A DNA stretch of 63,013 nt, the filler included, from Octopus bimaculoides (Eukaryota): NCBI RefSeq assembly GCF_001194135.2. It is 5 parts of 3 records of this genome, joined end to end, with 100 filler letters (N's around TTAATTAATTAA, not from the genome) between each part and the next. Parts side by side here need not be neighbours in the genome. Positions count along the whole stretch, not along the records: positions 17,923 to 35,631 come from NC_068990.1; positions 35,732 to 46,675 come from NC_068981.1; 3 more parts are not named here. One strand, written 5' to 3'. Of the stretch, positions 25,669-39,341 are shown one piece after another. Position numbers and translations under genes: made by a program. The stretch's first letter is position 1. Each line of letters opens with the position of its first letter. The notes beneath the pieces were generated by a model, which was given only the letters and a program-made list of their open reading frames with translations, was not told the origin of the DNA and did no database searches.

Positions 25669-25830
25669 GACGGGCTTTTTTCAGTTTCTGTCTACCAAAT
25701 CCACTCACAAGGCTTTGGTTAGCCCGAGACTACAGTAGACGACTTTTATCCAAGATGCCACCCGGTGGGACTGAACTCGGAACCATGTGGTTTGGAAACA
25801 AACTTCTTACCCCATAGCAACGCTTGTGCC
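25490..25830 (-). mobile_element. Dominant SINE, 3'-truncated
   Basis: Head and central (CA)n are homologous to other copies. Confidence 0.8.
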
Positions 25831-26489
25831 TATGCAAAAATATGTATTTCTATTTCGTTTAAATACATCTTATGCAAGTGGACGAAAGTGCATCTCTCGC
25901 CTATGCTCAAATATTTGTAAAATGTATTTGAGCCTTTTTAGGGTATTCAAAGTCCTTATCTCTATTGTTTGGTCTGTCTCGTTTATTGCCAGATCCTTTA
26001 ATTACTCAATTACAAAAGACAACTTAATTTCTTTGATAATCTGATTGACGATATTGAAGAGAATTTTAATTTTGGGACTGTTTGGGATATTCATTGTTAG
26101 GTCCTTCAGGAGGACGCTGTAATGATGGATATGCCGGATCGTTTCTTTTCCAATATGATATCTATGGAGGCATTTTGTTTTATAAATTAGCCAATTGAAA
26201 AGTAACAAACGTAAGATTTCGTTGTAGTCTCTCGTAGTCCGAGAAAGACTATTCTGCAATTTGTTACTGAAGAGCGTGCATATAGGATTTGTTTATAGTG
26301 ATCAAACTCTTGTGCTGTACATTCAGGATGAGGTACTGAAGGACAGCCTCGGGATTGCTGAATTTTCGGACGAGATGAAAAAGGACCAAGATACCTGCTA
26401 TCTTGCGGTACTCAAAAAGACCCGTCCTCCACAGTAGAAGTTTTAAGACTGCATACCCTGGTGAAGGGGATTGGCCTACAAGAGTCATG

Positions 26490-26752
26490 AGAGTCATGTG
26501 CCGGTGCCGCGTAAAAATCCCTCGAGGCGGTGCCACGTAAAAGTGCTCGTGCCAGTGACTCATTTAAATCATCCAGCACACGGGGTAAAGTGGTTGGCGT
26601 TAAGAAGGGCATCCAGCCGTTGAAACCGAGCCAAATCACACTGGAACCGCATGCAGATCTCCGGTTTGTCAGCTCTAGTCAAACCGTCCATTCCATGCCA
26701 ACATAGAAAACGGACGTTAAATGATAATGATGACGATGACGACGGTGATGAT
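26490..26752 (+). mobile_element. SINE with gtaaagtggttggcgttaagaagggcatccagcc (Nin/Deu-like) domain and (GAT)n tail
   Basis: Tandem gtgcc(g/a)cgtaaaa units, the recalled domain, and tail catagaaaacggacgttaaatgataatgatgacg. Confidence 0.6.
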
Positions 26753-26759
26753 TAGCTCA

Positions 26760-26945
26760 CTCTCTTCATCAATTTGACGTTGGCTAAACAAACGCAAGGT
26801 GCACCATAACTCAGGTGTCGAAGTGATCGCCGAGCATCGAGGGATGGAGTATTTTGCTCAAGAACACAAAACACTGCCCGGTCCGGCAATAGAAACTACG
26901 ATCTCGCAATCGTCAGGAGAACACCCTAACCACTAAGCAACCTTA
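26760..26945 (-). mobile_element. tRNA-derived SINE (same family as 12370)
   Basis: The plus strand shows ttttgctcaagaacac...ggcaatagaaactacgatc...ccctaaccactaagc. Confidence 0.6.
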
Positions 26946-27280
26946 ACGTAAGAATAAATGAAAACCAAAAGTATTGCAAAACGAGTCGATTGGGCGCAGC
27001 TGTTTGGACGCTGATGATTTGGTGCGGTTGATTGGATTATTCAGCTTCCTTTGACGACATTACTTTTCGGCGCTGCAGGCAAACACCCATACACACATNN
27101 NNNNNNNNNNNNNNNNNNNNNNNNNNNNNNNNNNNNNNNNNNNNNNNNNNNNNNNNNNNNNNNNNNNNNNNNNNNNNNNNNNNNNNNNNNNNNNNNNNNN
27201 NNNNNNNNNNNNNNNNNNNNNNNNNNNNNNNNNNNNNNNNNNNNNNNNNNNNNNNNNNNNNNNNNNNNNNNNNNNNNNNN

Positions 27281-27341
<61 letters not shown>

Positions 27342-30294
27342 GGGGAAAAGAGGGAGAAAGAACGAGGAAAACATTAAAATGAGATGAATAATTAAAACGT
27401 CTCATGTCAAATAACTCAGCGTCGGATCAACAGCGCCGTCGAATCAGCGGCGCGAAAAAGAATTGTGCCAAAACATCTTATAACCGCCTCCCTACTTTTG
27501 GAAATTTTTCAGTATTAGCCCTCTGAGGCTGATGCTTGCAGTTATGGTCTTCTTGCTGACTGTAAGAATTATGCTTCTCTTGGATATTGTTTTAAATAAT
27601 TTAAGAAATGTCGTTAGAACGAATGAAATTCTAGAACATTGATACGTAGTCATATGAAATGTAATAAAACATTTTTCTCTGCTCGGAGAAATGACAGTGA
27701 GAGACGCCTCTTTGCACTTAATGAAGGCGATTGATAAGATCTGGGAATTTGATAAAACGTTCCTAGGAAAACACTTTCAAAACTTTTTTGTTTACTCTCT
27801 TACAGTAAATCCTGACACTGCATGTTTGTCTTGTAGATACCCGACGACCTCTTACGGATGATTTTATGATTTCCTCAATTCTCTCCCACTCTAATTGTTT
27901 TCTGCTATACTTTCTCTCAACTCGGTTATTTTCTTTATTTGTAACAATGAAATTCATACATTTTTCTCTAACGCATTTAGCTTTTACAATTTCACTTTTG
28001 TTTTATCCAAGTTTCTTGTTACTATCGTTGTTACTACAGTTGTTCTTGTGCATATTAATATTACTGCTGCACCATTTGCCACTGCTAGTGTTTTGGTAGT
28101 ATTGGTGTTGTAGGTGGTGGTGTTGATAGTTATAAGAAATAGGGGCTTAATAAGAAACTTTCTACCACTCTGTCTTTTGTCTTTGACCGCTTTCGTTCCC
28201 CCCACTTTTCTTTTTTTACAAATTTTCGCTTCAATTGCATCACACGATGATATTCTCGATCCAAACGCAAAGGTCGAAGACAGTTAACTCTGCGCTTGTG
28301 TCTGTGATCGTGTTTCACTGCATAGGGAAGTTCTGCTGGGAGACCTTCATTATTGTCGGAAGACCTAATATTGCTGTTGTTATTACCTTCTGACAGTAGG
28401 CTTCAGCCTTGTCAATTCCTATAACCGAGGATGAGGTGTCCAAATGTCAGTCTTTGGGACATGTTGTTTTTGTTGCTTAAGTCGCTGCCCTTACCTCTGT
28501 TTTTATGTTTCTTCATGACAAATAATCTTTTATTATATTTTACTGTCACCACTAACAGCTGGATTGTTCCCTCTGCAGCGCCATTTTCTTGACCTTTGTT
28601 GCTACACCTAAACAATCCCCTACCAACTGTCTGTCATTTTTGACGACTCTATTCTCACGACCTCCCGATGTTGCGCTGCAGAGGTGACAACGAACCAAGA
28701 ATAATAATCACTGTCAACACTCATGTCTGTTAACCTTGTATTGTGTTGGGTCACGTATTGTATTATGATCCATTGAGCAGGTGCTAATAACAGTATTTCT
28801 GCTTGTTGATTCGCTACCCACCTCGGTGTTTTAGATAGATATTTCTAAATACTTTACTTCGATTGATAGACAGCCTATTTGCACAATCATGACCAGGGCT
28901 TCCCCCAGTTTCTCTTTTGCGAGTACATTGAAAGACCCCTTCGTTCTCTTTTGTCAGGAATACGCATGCACGTTTCTTCTAGTCTGTTTCTGAAAAATTC
29001 CTCAGAAAAGGAGACACACTTCTTTGTGACCCAACGCTGCTACGCCTCCATCTTAAACCAGATTCGTTGTATATCTTAAACTTGTCTCATACTATTGTTA
29101 TCAAAAGCATTTTCTTTTCTACCAACGTCATTTCTAATATTTTCAGTATTTTCGTTTCTCGAAATACCTGTGTGTGGATGTCATTATTTTTCTTGCCAAA
29201 GATCTCTGAAATTATTTTTACTCGTGCCATTCTCAACAGAAATGTCCTTATTTTCTATATTAAAACGTCTACATTTTGCTGTAGGATATTCCTTGTTTCT
29301 TTTCCTTTCTGATTTGAGAAGGTGCTGCCGACATTGTTTGCATCCATTTTGCTCATATATGTTGACAAACAAGTAAAAAATATCTAAAAGCAGAGCTAAA
29401 CCGTAAAGATGATAATAAAACCTAGATCAATATCATCGTTGTCCCTGACTTTTAATTTTGTACTCCTTTGTCCCCATTACTTAACTATGTATGGACGAAG
29501 GTATATGTAATTATTTTAGCCTGGGTTTTAGGTGAATTTTCCGTCCTGCAAACACAGTAGACAGTCCAGTAATCTTTGCCACTCCCAACCGACTATTTCT
29601 CACGTTATTTCGTTCAGTGTTTCCATCACTTGCTATTTTGAAAGAAGAGAGAACGTCACTCCATGTCCTTCTTAAAAACCAAATAGATTAGCTTTAAATT
29701 TGATCTCTCTCGGATTTGATCCTGGAGCAAAGATTTGCTGTCTGGCTTTATGCAATTCTCCGAATCAACTCAAAAATTTGTCAAAGCCGATATAGTATGT
29801 GTAATGACCGAGGCAAAACCGGCTCTTTTAACATTGTTCCTATGTCAATTAACTCAGCCGACTAACATATTTGTCTCTTTACAGGAGTCGTTTTTGTTGT
29901 TGTTACAGCTATCATTTAAAATATTTGTAAAACAGCTCGAAATAATTTTTCTAATTAAATGTTCATTTAAATATTCATTATTTTTTCTTTTTGTTGGTAG
30001 TGTTTATTGTGATTGTGGTGCAATTTGTTTTCATTATGTTTTATTTTTGTTTAATTCTCTATTATATTATTTTCATTTTTTTTTCATAATTGTGGAGGAG
30101 GTTATTGTTTTTGGCCTGTAGACATTTTGACGCGAAAATGTCGACAAAATGTGAAAGAAAACAAAATATAAATTGTCTATAAAGACTGTTTTATTTTTCC
30201 ACTTACGTATCGGGTCATGTGTCTACAGGTAAATAATAACCTTATTGGCTATTACTCAATTGCTAAAAAAAGAGAGAACGAAAATAATCTTTCG

Positions 30295-30505
30295 TTTCAT
30301 TCTTTCTTTTACTTGTCCCTGTCATGAAACTGCGGCAATGCCGGGCAGTGCCTCGATGAAGTTATTCAAATCCTAGTACTAACTATCTTTTAAAGCTTAG
30401 TACTTTTTGAATCGATCTCTGTTGCCAAACCGCTAATATTAGGGAGACGTAAGCAAAGCAACACTCGTGGTCAACCGGTGATGGTGACAAACACAGATAC
30501 AAAGA
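30295..30505 (-). mobile_element. Dominant SINE, degenerate 3' half
   Basis: Diverged reverse complement of the tail and central domain. Confidence 0.55.
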
Positions 30506-30641
30506 AACACACATACATATACATACAAACACATATGCATATATATATATAAACTTTAGATAAAACTTAGATTTGTTTCGACCAAAGATTGGTCCAGGCT
30601 ATGTCTAACTTAATAGCACCAGCTGATAGGATTATCTAAAT

Positions 30642-30685
<44 letters not shown>

Positions 30686-30757
30686 CACACATACATATAT
30701 ATATATATATACATACATACACGCGCACACACACACACAAACACACACACACACCCA

Positions 30758-30810
<53 letters not shown>

Positions 30811-31206
30811 GTACATTTGGACGCGTGTCAATGTGACAGAGAGAAAGAGAGAGAGAGAGAATCAAAGAATGAGGAAGTGAGACACGGAGAAAGAGTGGAT
30901 GTCTGTGTACGTGTGTGCATTTTCGCTTCGTTCTCGTTTTACCTCTATCTCAACCTGATTGCGCCGTGATTATCAAATACTTTTCATTCGTCACAACATC
31001 GTCTTTCTCATGAGTTAATCTAGTATTACACCTAACGTTTCGGCTCTTTTTCTGAGATGGTAGCGTGAAACCTAGGGAGAGACCAGGGTCCAGATCTATG
31101 AGCGTAGACATTCCACCTTTGACAACCCTACGTTATTTAAGGGTTATCAGTGACCTCATGCACGTTCGATAATAAACATGTTTGGCTTTCGCCTACGGTA
31201 TTGTTT

Positions 31207-31590
31207 GCGGAGGCGCAATGGCCCAGTGGTTAGGGCAGCGGACACGCGGTCATAGGATCGCGGTTTCGATTCCCAGACCGGGCGTTGTGAGTGTTTATAG
31301 AACGAAAACACCTAAAGTTCCACGAGGCTCCGGCAGGGGATGGTGGCGAACCCTGCTGTACTCTTTCACCACAACTTTCTCTCACTCTTACTTCCTGTTT
31401 CTGTTCTACCTGTAATTCAAGGGGCCAGCCTTGTCACACTCTGTGTCACGCTGAATATCCCCGAGAACTACGTTAAGGGTACACGTGTCTGTGGAGTGCT
31501 CAGCCACTTGCACGTTAATTTCACGAGCAGGCTGTTCCATTGATCGGATCAAGTGGAACCCTCGACGTCGTAAGCGACGGAGTGCCAACA
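31207..31590 (+). mobile_element. Young tRNA-derived SINE with a perfect 12-bp target-site duplication
   Basis: A box tggcccagtggt (31219), B box ggtttcgattccc (31262), tail gtgccaaca. TSD ACGGTATTGTTT at 31195-31206 and 31591-31602. Confidence 0.9.
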
Positions 31591-34500
31591 ACGGTATTGT
31601 TTATCCTTTTGGTTTTGTCGAAACAAAATCCAGTCGTGAACTTCCCAAATGTTTTTAGATACACTAGCTAGAATTTCCTTTTCCACAAGTATCCAAGATT
31701 TTTCGACATCTAGCTGTTATTTCTAGCAAGCAGAGGGCCTGCAAAGAAAATCTATCGTGTGTTCTAAGTCACTGTGTAGCTAGCTGTGAGCAACGCAACA
31801 GACACATGCAATGTACACTGGCAAACAAAAAATGCATAAAATATGCATTATCGATTTTCTTATATTTGGATTGACACATGATACAGGAACACAGAAGAGG
31901 GCGGAGGCGTAATGTCGACGTTGTTGTTGGTGGTGGTGGTGTTGTTGGTGTCATGTTTGTTGTTGAGAAGCGAGGCTAATGCGATATTTGTTTTATTCAA
32001 TGACTCAAAATGTTTATGACAATTTTTAGCGTAATGTCAACAGGGAAAGAAAAAACAAGTGTTTTCATATATATATATATATANNNNNNNNNNNNNNNNN
32101 NNNNNNNNNNNNNNNNNNNNNNNNNNNNNNNNNNNNNNNNNNNNNNNNNNNNNNNNNNNNNNNNNNNNNNNNNNNNNNNNNNNNNNNNNNNNNNNNNNNN
32201 NNNNNNNNNNNNNNNNNNNNNNNNNNNNNNNNNNNNNNNNNNNNNNNNNNNNNNNNNNNNNNNNNNNNNNNNNNNNNNNNNNNNNNNNNNNNNNNNNNNN
32301 NNNNNNNNNNNNNNNNNNNNNNNNNNNNNNNNNNNNNNNNNNNNNNNNNNNNNNNNNNNNNNNNNNNNNNNNNNNNNNNNNNNNNNNNNNNNNNNNNNNN
32401 NNNNNNNNNNNNNNNNNNNNNNNNNNNNNNNNNNNNNNNNNNNNNNNNNNNNNNNNNNNNNNNNNNNNNNNNNNNNNNNNNNNNNNNNNNNNNNNNNNNN
32501 NNNNNNNNNNNNNNNNNNNNNNNNNNNNNNNNNNNNNNNNNNNNNNNNNNNNNNNNNNNNNNNNNNNNNNNNNNNNNNNNNNNNNNNNNNNNNNNNNNNN
32601 NNNNNNNNNNNNNNNNNNNNNNNNNNNNNNNNNNNNNNNNNNNNNNNNNNNNNNNNNNNNNNNNNNNNNNNNNNNNNNNNNNNNNNNNNNNNNNNNNNNN
32701 NNNNNNNNNNNNNNNNNNNNNNNNNNNNNNNNNNNNNNNNNNNNNNNNNNNNNNNNNNNNNNNNNNNNNNNNNNNNNNNNNNNNNNNNNNNNNNNNNNNN
32801 NNNNNNNNNNNNNNNNNNNNNNNNNNNNNNNNNNNNNNNNNNNNNNNNNNNNNNNNNNNNNNNNNNNNNNNNNNNNNNNNNNNNNNNNNNNNNNNNNNNN
32901 NNNNNNNNNNNNNNNNNNATATATATATATATATATACACATATATATACACACACACGCACACACTCACACACGCACACACAAAAGACAGTCTCTGCAC
33001 CTATGTTGTTAGGTAACTTCCTGGCTTGTATAAGCATATATGAATATGTACGTTCTTGATCGTTAATGGTTCTTACTGCGTCTTTCATCTGTTTAACAGA
33101 CGTGTAAATTCGCACGTGGGCAGTGATATATATACTTTTTATCATTAAAACTGCAAAAACATCACAAAATCTATTATTCAGATTTTGTGATTTCCGTTCG
33201 TCGTATAGCTGTGATCAAGTTGTCTCGATCACAACTATGTTTGTTTGTGTGTGTGTGTGTGTGTGTGCGTGTGTGTGTGTGCGTGTCTGTGTGTGCGTGT
33301 CTGTGTGTGCGCTTGAGCGCTGAAGCTTCACTCCAAGTGTTGGATCGATGATAAAGATCCTTGAGATTCGCTTATGGTAGTTCGTTGCTGTAGTACGTAG
33401 CCACGTGTAACAAACAATATGCTGCCACTGAATCACCCTGGCCTCATATCATGTGTGTGAGAGCATTAATAAATGATGGATAAGCATTGAATTGTTGCAA
33501 GGAGTTCAAACAGTTAATAAAAGGTAAGATAGATAATCAAAAAGTCTTATTTGGAGAGTTTCATCTATTTCGGGTGGATTGAAATATCGAAACAAATATA
33601 GCAAGCAAGTGCTGTCAGTAATTACTCAGGGTGGAAAGCTGATGACCGTTATGTAGCAAGACACAAAAAATTAGCGAAGTACAGGCACCCGACTGAGTTG
33701 AAGGCAGATTTACTTCTGCTTTTATAGCACATACAGAATATGTGTAGCTTAAATACTGAGATTGAAAAGCAGGGGCGAATTATGCCTGCCTAATCTACAA
33801 AAACATAAAATATCGTGCATTTTATGCAAATTAATCAGAGTAACCTTCATAATTTTATTGAATTAGGTGCATATTTTGCTATAAAAGGAAAATGTTGCTA
33901 TCGATCTATTTTATTCAAGGTAGGCAATGCCTACCTTGCCTACTTAGGCGGCACGTCCCTGAAATATAGGCATATCTGTCAGCTATGACCCAGCTGATCT
34001 ATGAGTAAAAGCATTCCAGCTGTGGTTATAGGGAGGGTTTGATTTGGGTAAAACTTGGCTGCTATTTTTGTATAGATTCTTCATCGTTGAGTCATTTATT
34101 TATGTGCTGTCATTGTTGTCGTTTTTGTTTTCTAGATCCAAATTCGCTCTAATCAAGCAGAACTATGATCAAGGGCAGGAAAACTCGAGCCAACCCTTTT
34201 TTTCTGGAATGGTATCGTCCAGACTGCATTACTAAACATATGCTTTTAGATATAGTAAGGTGTATATTAAGAGAAATTTCTCTGCTATTTCTGGCAAATT
34301 ACGTGACTACATATAGGCTGCGTGGGTTGAATGATGAAATACAATAAAACTACAGTTTCTGATCGGGCTCCTTCGTCGGGGAAATCAAATTTTTTTCATT
34401 GTTTTTTTCTTTGTTTTATTGAGGTTTAAAATGTTTTTGTAGTTGGGGGAGATAACCAAAGTATTGATATTTTTCATAAAACAGGGGAGATAACCAAACA

Positions 34501-35164
34501 GTACCGACTTAGGTAGTATTACATTTAATGTTTCGTTTCTTTATTTGAGATGGAAGCGTGAAATTTAGGGAGGACTTCCATACTGAAAAGATTAAGCATC
34601 TTATTGAATCTAACATTTTTATAACAAATCATACCATGGATATTTAGGAGGCCAAAAATCAACACTATGTTGATGATTTGAATCAAAAGGATTTAACCCT
34701 TTTAATCCCATTTCTTGCCACCTCATAAACTCAACTTATCAGCGGGGAGACAACCCAATGTTTTAATGGCTCTTTGTTGGCTTCGCTATTCTTCCCTAAT
34801 AACCTGCTAGGTATGAAGAAAGAGTTGAGAATTTCTGAATAAGTCAGCGTTGTATCAGTAACCCCAGGTAGACGGCGCCGAAATGGCTATGCCATAACGT
34901 CTCATACGCTGCTGGAAATGAGGAGAAAATGGAGATATTCTGAATGAGATGACACGGGTGAGATTCATTGAGAAGAGATCAACAAATTAGCTGTAAAATA
35001 GGCAGTGAGAAGAGGGAACACAAATGAGAATGCGAGACCTCACTGACTATGTTTTGTGGATGTATTGTATATCTTTTGTATTTATAAATAGTATTGTGTC
35101 AGATATTGGAGCAGTTGCAGTCATTTTGTGATGCAGTTTTGTACTGATTCACAGCGTATAGTGA

Positions 35165-35244
<80 letters not shown>
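35165..35244. repeat. (TATC)n microsatellite abutting a LINE 5' junction
   Basis: Directly visible. Confidence 0.95.
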
Positions 35245-35631
35245 CCGTAGCCGCGGACGTACGGGATGCGATGGCAGGCTGTAAGGGAGACAAGTCGCCA
35301 GGCTTGGATGGTCTGCCCTACGAACTTTAGTGTCACATGCCAGACTTGTTTGGAGGCGTCTTGGCAGCTGCCTACTGCAACTGGCAGCAAAACGAGAGCA
35401 TCCCCGTCTTTGTAAAGCGATGAGCAGTGGCACTACTAAAGAAAGACCCAAGCAAGGGGAACATCATAGATAATTTTCGGCCCATCACTCTGCTCAACGC
35501 AGATTTGAAAATTTTGGCCAAAGTGTTAGCCGAGAGGTTGGCGCTTGTCATCGAGAAACTAGTCGACAGGGCGCAGACGTGCGCCGTGCCGGATAGGAGT
35601 ATCCATCTGATCCGCTGCATCATGGACAGGG
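35245..35631 (+). mobile_element. Tx1/L1-clade LINE ORF2 fragment (RT N-terminal part)
   Basis: DKSPGLDGLPYEL*...LLKKD...NFRPITLLNADLKILAKVLAERL...AQTCAVPDRSI. In-frame stops; cut by a scaffold join. Confidence 0.9.
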
Positions 35632-35765
35632 NNNNNNNNNNNNNNNNNNNNNNNNNNNNNNNNNNNNNNNNNNNNTTAATTAATTAANNNNNNNNNNNNN
35701 NNNNNNNNNNNNNNNNNNNNNNNNNNNNNNNCAGGTAATTTATTGTTTAAACCGTAGTTTATAAT

Positions 35766-36436
35766 TATATTTATGTGGAGAATGGAGCAACAAATACAAG
35801 AAGAAGCAATTCTGTTGGGCTAGTTAGCCGTTGTTTTATTATGTGGAGGTTATGTAATGAGTCATTGTGGAGGTTGAGGTTATGTAATGACTCATTGTGG
35901 ATGTTATGTAATAGTCATTTACGCACGTTTCAATCTTGCCAATGGTTTGGCAGATCTCTTCAGAACGTTGAGGAGTATGTTAAGAGTTCAAGGTGTGGGA
36001 GAAGCAACCCTGTACTAGCACCGCCGGTGCTATAAATATACAACGCATCCCTCAAGTATAAAATCGCGTGGATATGCATTTGATTAAAATCGGAATAATG
36101 AGCTTAAATAGCACCCATCCTACATCCCCCTACAGGAAGACCAACACAACTTCAACTAAAACGTAAGGCTTTCTTTACCTATCGCTATTATTATACCACC
36201 ATATAAATTAATATATCCACTAATCACTTCTCCTACATCTCTCACACCTTGAATTCTTAACATACTCCTCAACATTCTGAAGAGATCTGCCAAACCGTTG
36301 GCAAGATTGAAACGTGCGTAAATGACTATTACATAACATCCACAATGACTCATTACATAACCTCCACATAATAAGACAACGGCTAACTAACCCAATAGAA
36401 TTACTTCTTCTTGTATTTGTTGCACGATTCTCCACA

Positions 36437-36444
<8 letters not shown>
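35766..36444. repeat. Fold-back element: ~240-bp inverted arms around a ~230-bp spacer
   Basis: The + arm tatttatgtggagaat...aagagttcaaggtgtg (35766-35997) matches the - arm (36235-36444) at about 90% by eye. Confidence 0.9.
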
Positions 36445-36477
<33 letters not shown>

Positions 36478-37692
36478 ATATGTATGTATGTATACATTCA
36501 ATGACGCATGTATAGACAGATAACAACCAGCCAGAACATAACCGGATGCCCATCGTTTCGAGACTTGAGTAAATTATGAACTAGATTTGAATTACAAATA
36601 AACATTACGATGCATATTACACAGAAAAAACATAGACAGTTTAATTATATATTACAATTTTGCATTTTCAACATCGCAAATATTGTATATTCTATAATTA
36701 CACATTGAATATTGAATATATTTCTCTGTGTGTTTCTTGGTTAGTTATGCGAAATAATTCAAATATCAATATAAACCCAATAAACTAATGTGACAAAGAA
36801 ATATTTGGAGTATTAGCATATATTTACAGTGAGCGTTATGTTCTTAATTTGGCTGTAGGTTATTCAATTAAATAAAGTTCTAATCAGAATTGTTTACCAT
36901 TGGAAAAGAAAATGTGTAGTTAGAAATTTTAAATAGAAATTTAAAAATTAAAAAAACAAAATTAATTCCCGCTGATATATTTAGAAAACTAGAATTTAAA
37001 TTTCAGCTTCCTGTTTCTGCTTTGATTTCAAATCTGATATCCTTGATATTATTCATAGCGTGTCAAATATAGCTAGTGGACATCAACTATTGCATTCCTA
37101 ACAAAATATATATTTTTCCTTTATCCCACAACTTCGTGGTTTCAGGTTCAATACTATTGCACAGTGCTTTCAACAATTTTCTTCTACCATAACCATAGTT
37201 CAACATCATCTTTGTCAGTAAAATTTAGTTCAATCTACGTAAATTTACCTGTAGTAACTTTGCTTTGTCACCCTGTTTAACTGCTCTTTGGGTACTGTTA
37301 TAAATATTTGGGTTTGGTCTAACGCCGGCGTATATCATCCTCCCATTATACCAGACTCAGATGCCATGCTAAGAGGTTATCAGGAACGTCCAACTCCTTC
37401 GGGCTACGTATGTACAACGGCATTTTTCAGATACTTGTTTTACAACGGCATTTTTTATCAGTGTAATCAAATATAAATTTCTAAGATGTCACATATTCAA
37501 ACGCACATCAACCAATTTCTATTTTGCTGTATGGTACACGAATACGTGTACAACCTCAAGAAGCGCCTTTAGTATTACAACCATTTTAAAGATAAATCGT
37601 TATTTGTATCTAAAAACCTTTCGGCTATTTTTAATTAGAATATGTTCAATCACTTATAACCCAGAAATATCGTTTTAAAGGAATCCTTTTCG

Positions 37693-38017
37693 AGGCACAG
37701 GAGTGGCTGTGTGGAAAGTAGCTTGCTTATCAACCTCATAGTTCTGGGTTCAGTCCCACTGCGTGGCATCTTGGGCAGGTGTCTTCTACTATAGCCTCAG
37801 GCCGACCAAAGCCTTGTGAGTGGATTTGGTAGACGGAACATGAAAGAAGCCCGTCGTACATATATATATGTATATATATATATATATATATANNNNNNNN
37901 NNNNNNNNNNNNNNNNNNNNNNNNNNNNNNNNNNNNNNNNNNNNNNNNNNNNNNNNNNNNNNNNNNNNNNNNNNNNNNNNNNNNNNNNNNNNNNNNNNNN
38001 NNNNNNNNATATATGTG

Positions 38018-38050
<33 letters not shown>

Positions 38051-38253
38051 CTGTGTGTGTGTGTGTGTGTGTTTGTGTGTCTGTGTTTGTCCCCGCAAAC
38101 ATCGCTTGATAATCGATGCTGGTGTGTTTATATCCCCCTAACCTAATGGTTCGGCAAAAGAGACCGATAGAATAAGTCCTGGGGTCGATTTGATCTACTA
38201 AAGGTGGTGCTCCAGCATGGCCGCAGTCAAATTACTGAAGCAAGTAAAAGAGT
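37693..38253 (+). mobile_element. Dominant SINE, full length; assembly gap lies in its internal microsatellite
   Basis: Head, (TA)n-gap-(TG)n, 3' domain and tail all present. Confidence 0.9.
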
Positions 38254-39156
38254 AGCACTCTGACTGGTGTTGAAGTAACAAACTACTGTTCATTTATGAC
38301 ATGCATATTTTAGCGATTCTTCATTTGAAAAAATATCTAAATATGTTGCTGGAAATAAAAGAAATTCTGTTGATAATCTTCATAACTTTAAGGTGGTAAA
38401 GAGTGGATACGGTAGAGCACCGAAATAAATGGTTTGAATAATTTAATTTGGACTGAGATTTTCCTGTGCTTGTGTAAGTGTCTTTGACTCGATCACTCAA
38501 ATATCCTTTCCGTTTAACTTGTATCTAGATACACTAACGTAAAAAGAAACCAGTAAAACACTTGCTAAAAACTTACCAAAAAAAAAAGCCACTAAAATAA
38601 ATCAATGATAGTCTTCTCCACTACAAACGAAAGCTTATATAAGTCCTTTCATGTTCTCTTACACTAGTCAGTTTGATGCCTCCACCCTTATTGATATGCA
38701 GTGCAGCTGATACCAATGAATATTTCAAGAGATGAAACAGGGAGAAAAAAATATTAAGTATCGATTTGAATGTATTTTTCAGTTGATGATGTTTAAGTTG
38801 GTTACCGGCAGGTCAGCCCAAATATAAGCAACTTATGATCAAAGGTAGTCTAACAGTGACCAGCTTTCCAAAATTACTTTTTTGCAAGCATAGTCTATCT
38901 GCAGTTACATCGTTTACAGCGTCTTTCCTTTTCCTACAATGGCAGGGATTGATCTGACAGATAATAGGTTTCTATCTCCCTCATGTTCCATGAACACACA
39001 GAGAGTCCCCTGTTGTCGCGAACAGGTGATTCATTAGAATTGATGAACGGATACATACACTCAGACACAATCGTATACACACATGCACTTATATATGTAT
39101 ACACACATGCTCATGTGTATATCGATATATATCTATATATATATATATATATATAT

Positions 39157-39341
39157 GGGAGAATATACAAATAATAACAACAGACGAGGACAGGTGGTGT
39201 AAATAACACAAGTATATATTAGTATGACGCTCGGGAATACGGAAAGTCTTTGACGTTTCGAGCTACGCTCTTCAACAGAAAGAATACGGAGACAAGGAGA
39301 AAAACACGGAGAAAAAAAATTGAATAGTGTTCAGTCAACGG

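Noticed and set aside
28130-28400. Minus-strand ORF with RHKRR/KRK basic sites resembling a neuropeptide precursor
   Set aside because: No Met or signal peptide, no repeated amidated peptides; basic residues follow from the A-rich strand.
33770-33961. Possible hAT-like MITE (cagggg...ccctg) with hairpin aaggtaggca-a-tgcctacctt
   Set aside because: Only the terminal few bases match and there is no 8-bp TSD; too weak to list as a feature.
35994-36436. TG...CA 443-bp segment as a solo LTR
   Set aside because: Flanks do not form a TSD, and homology between arms extends beyond the TG.
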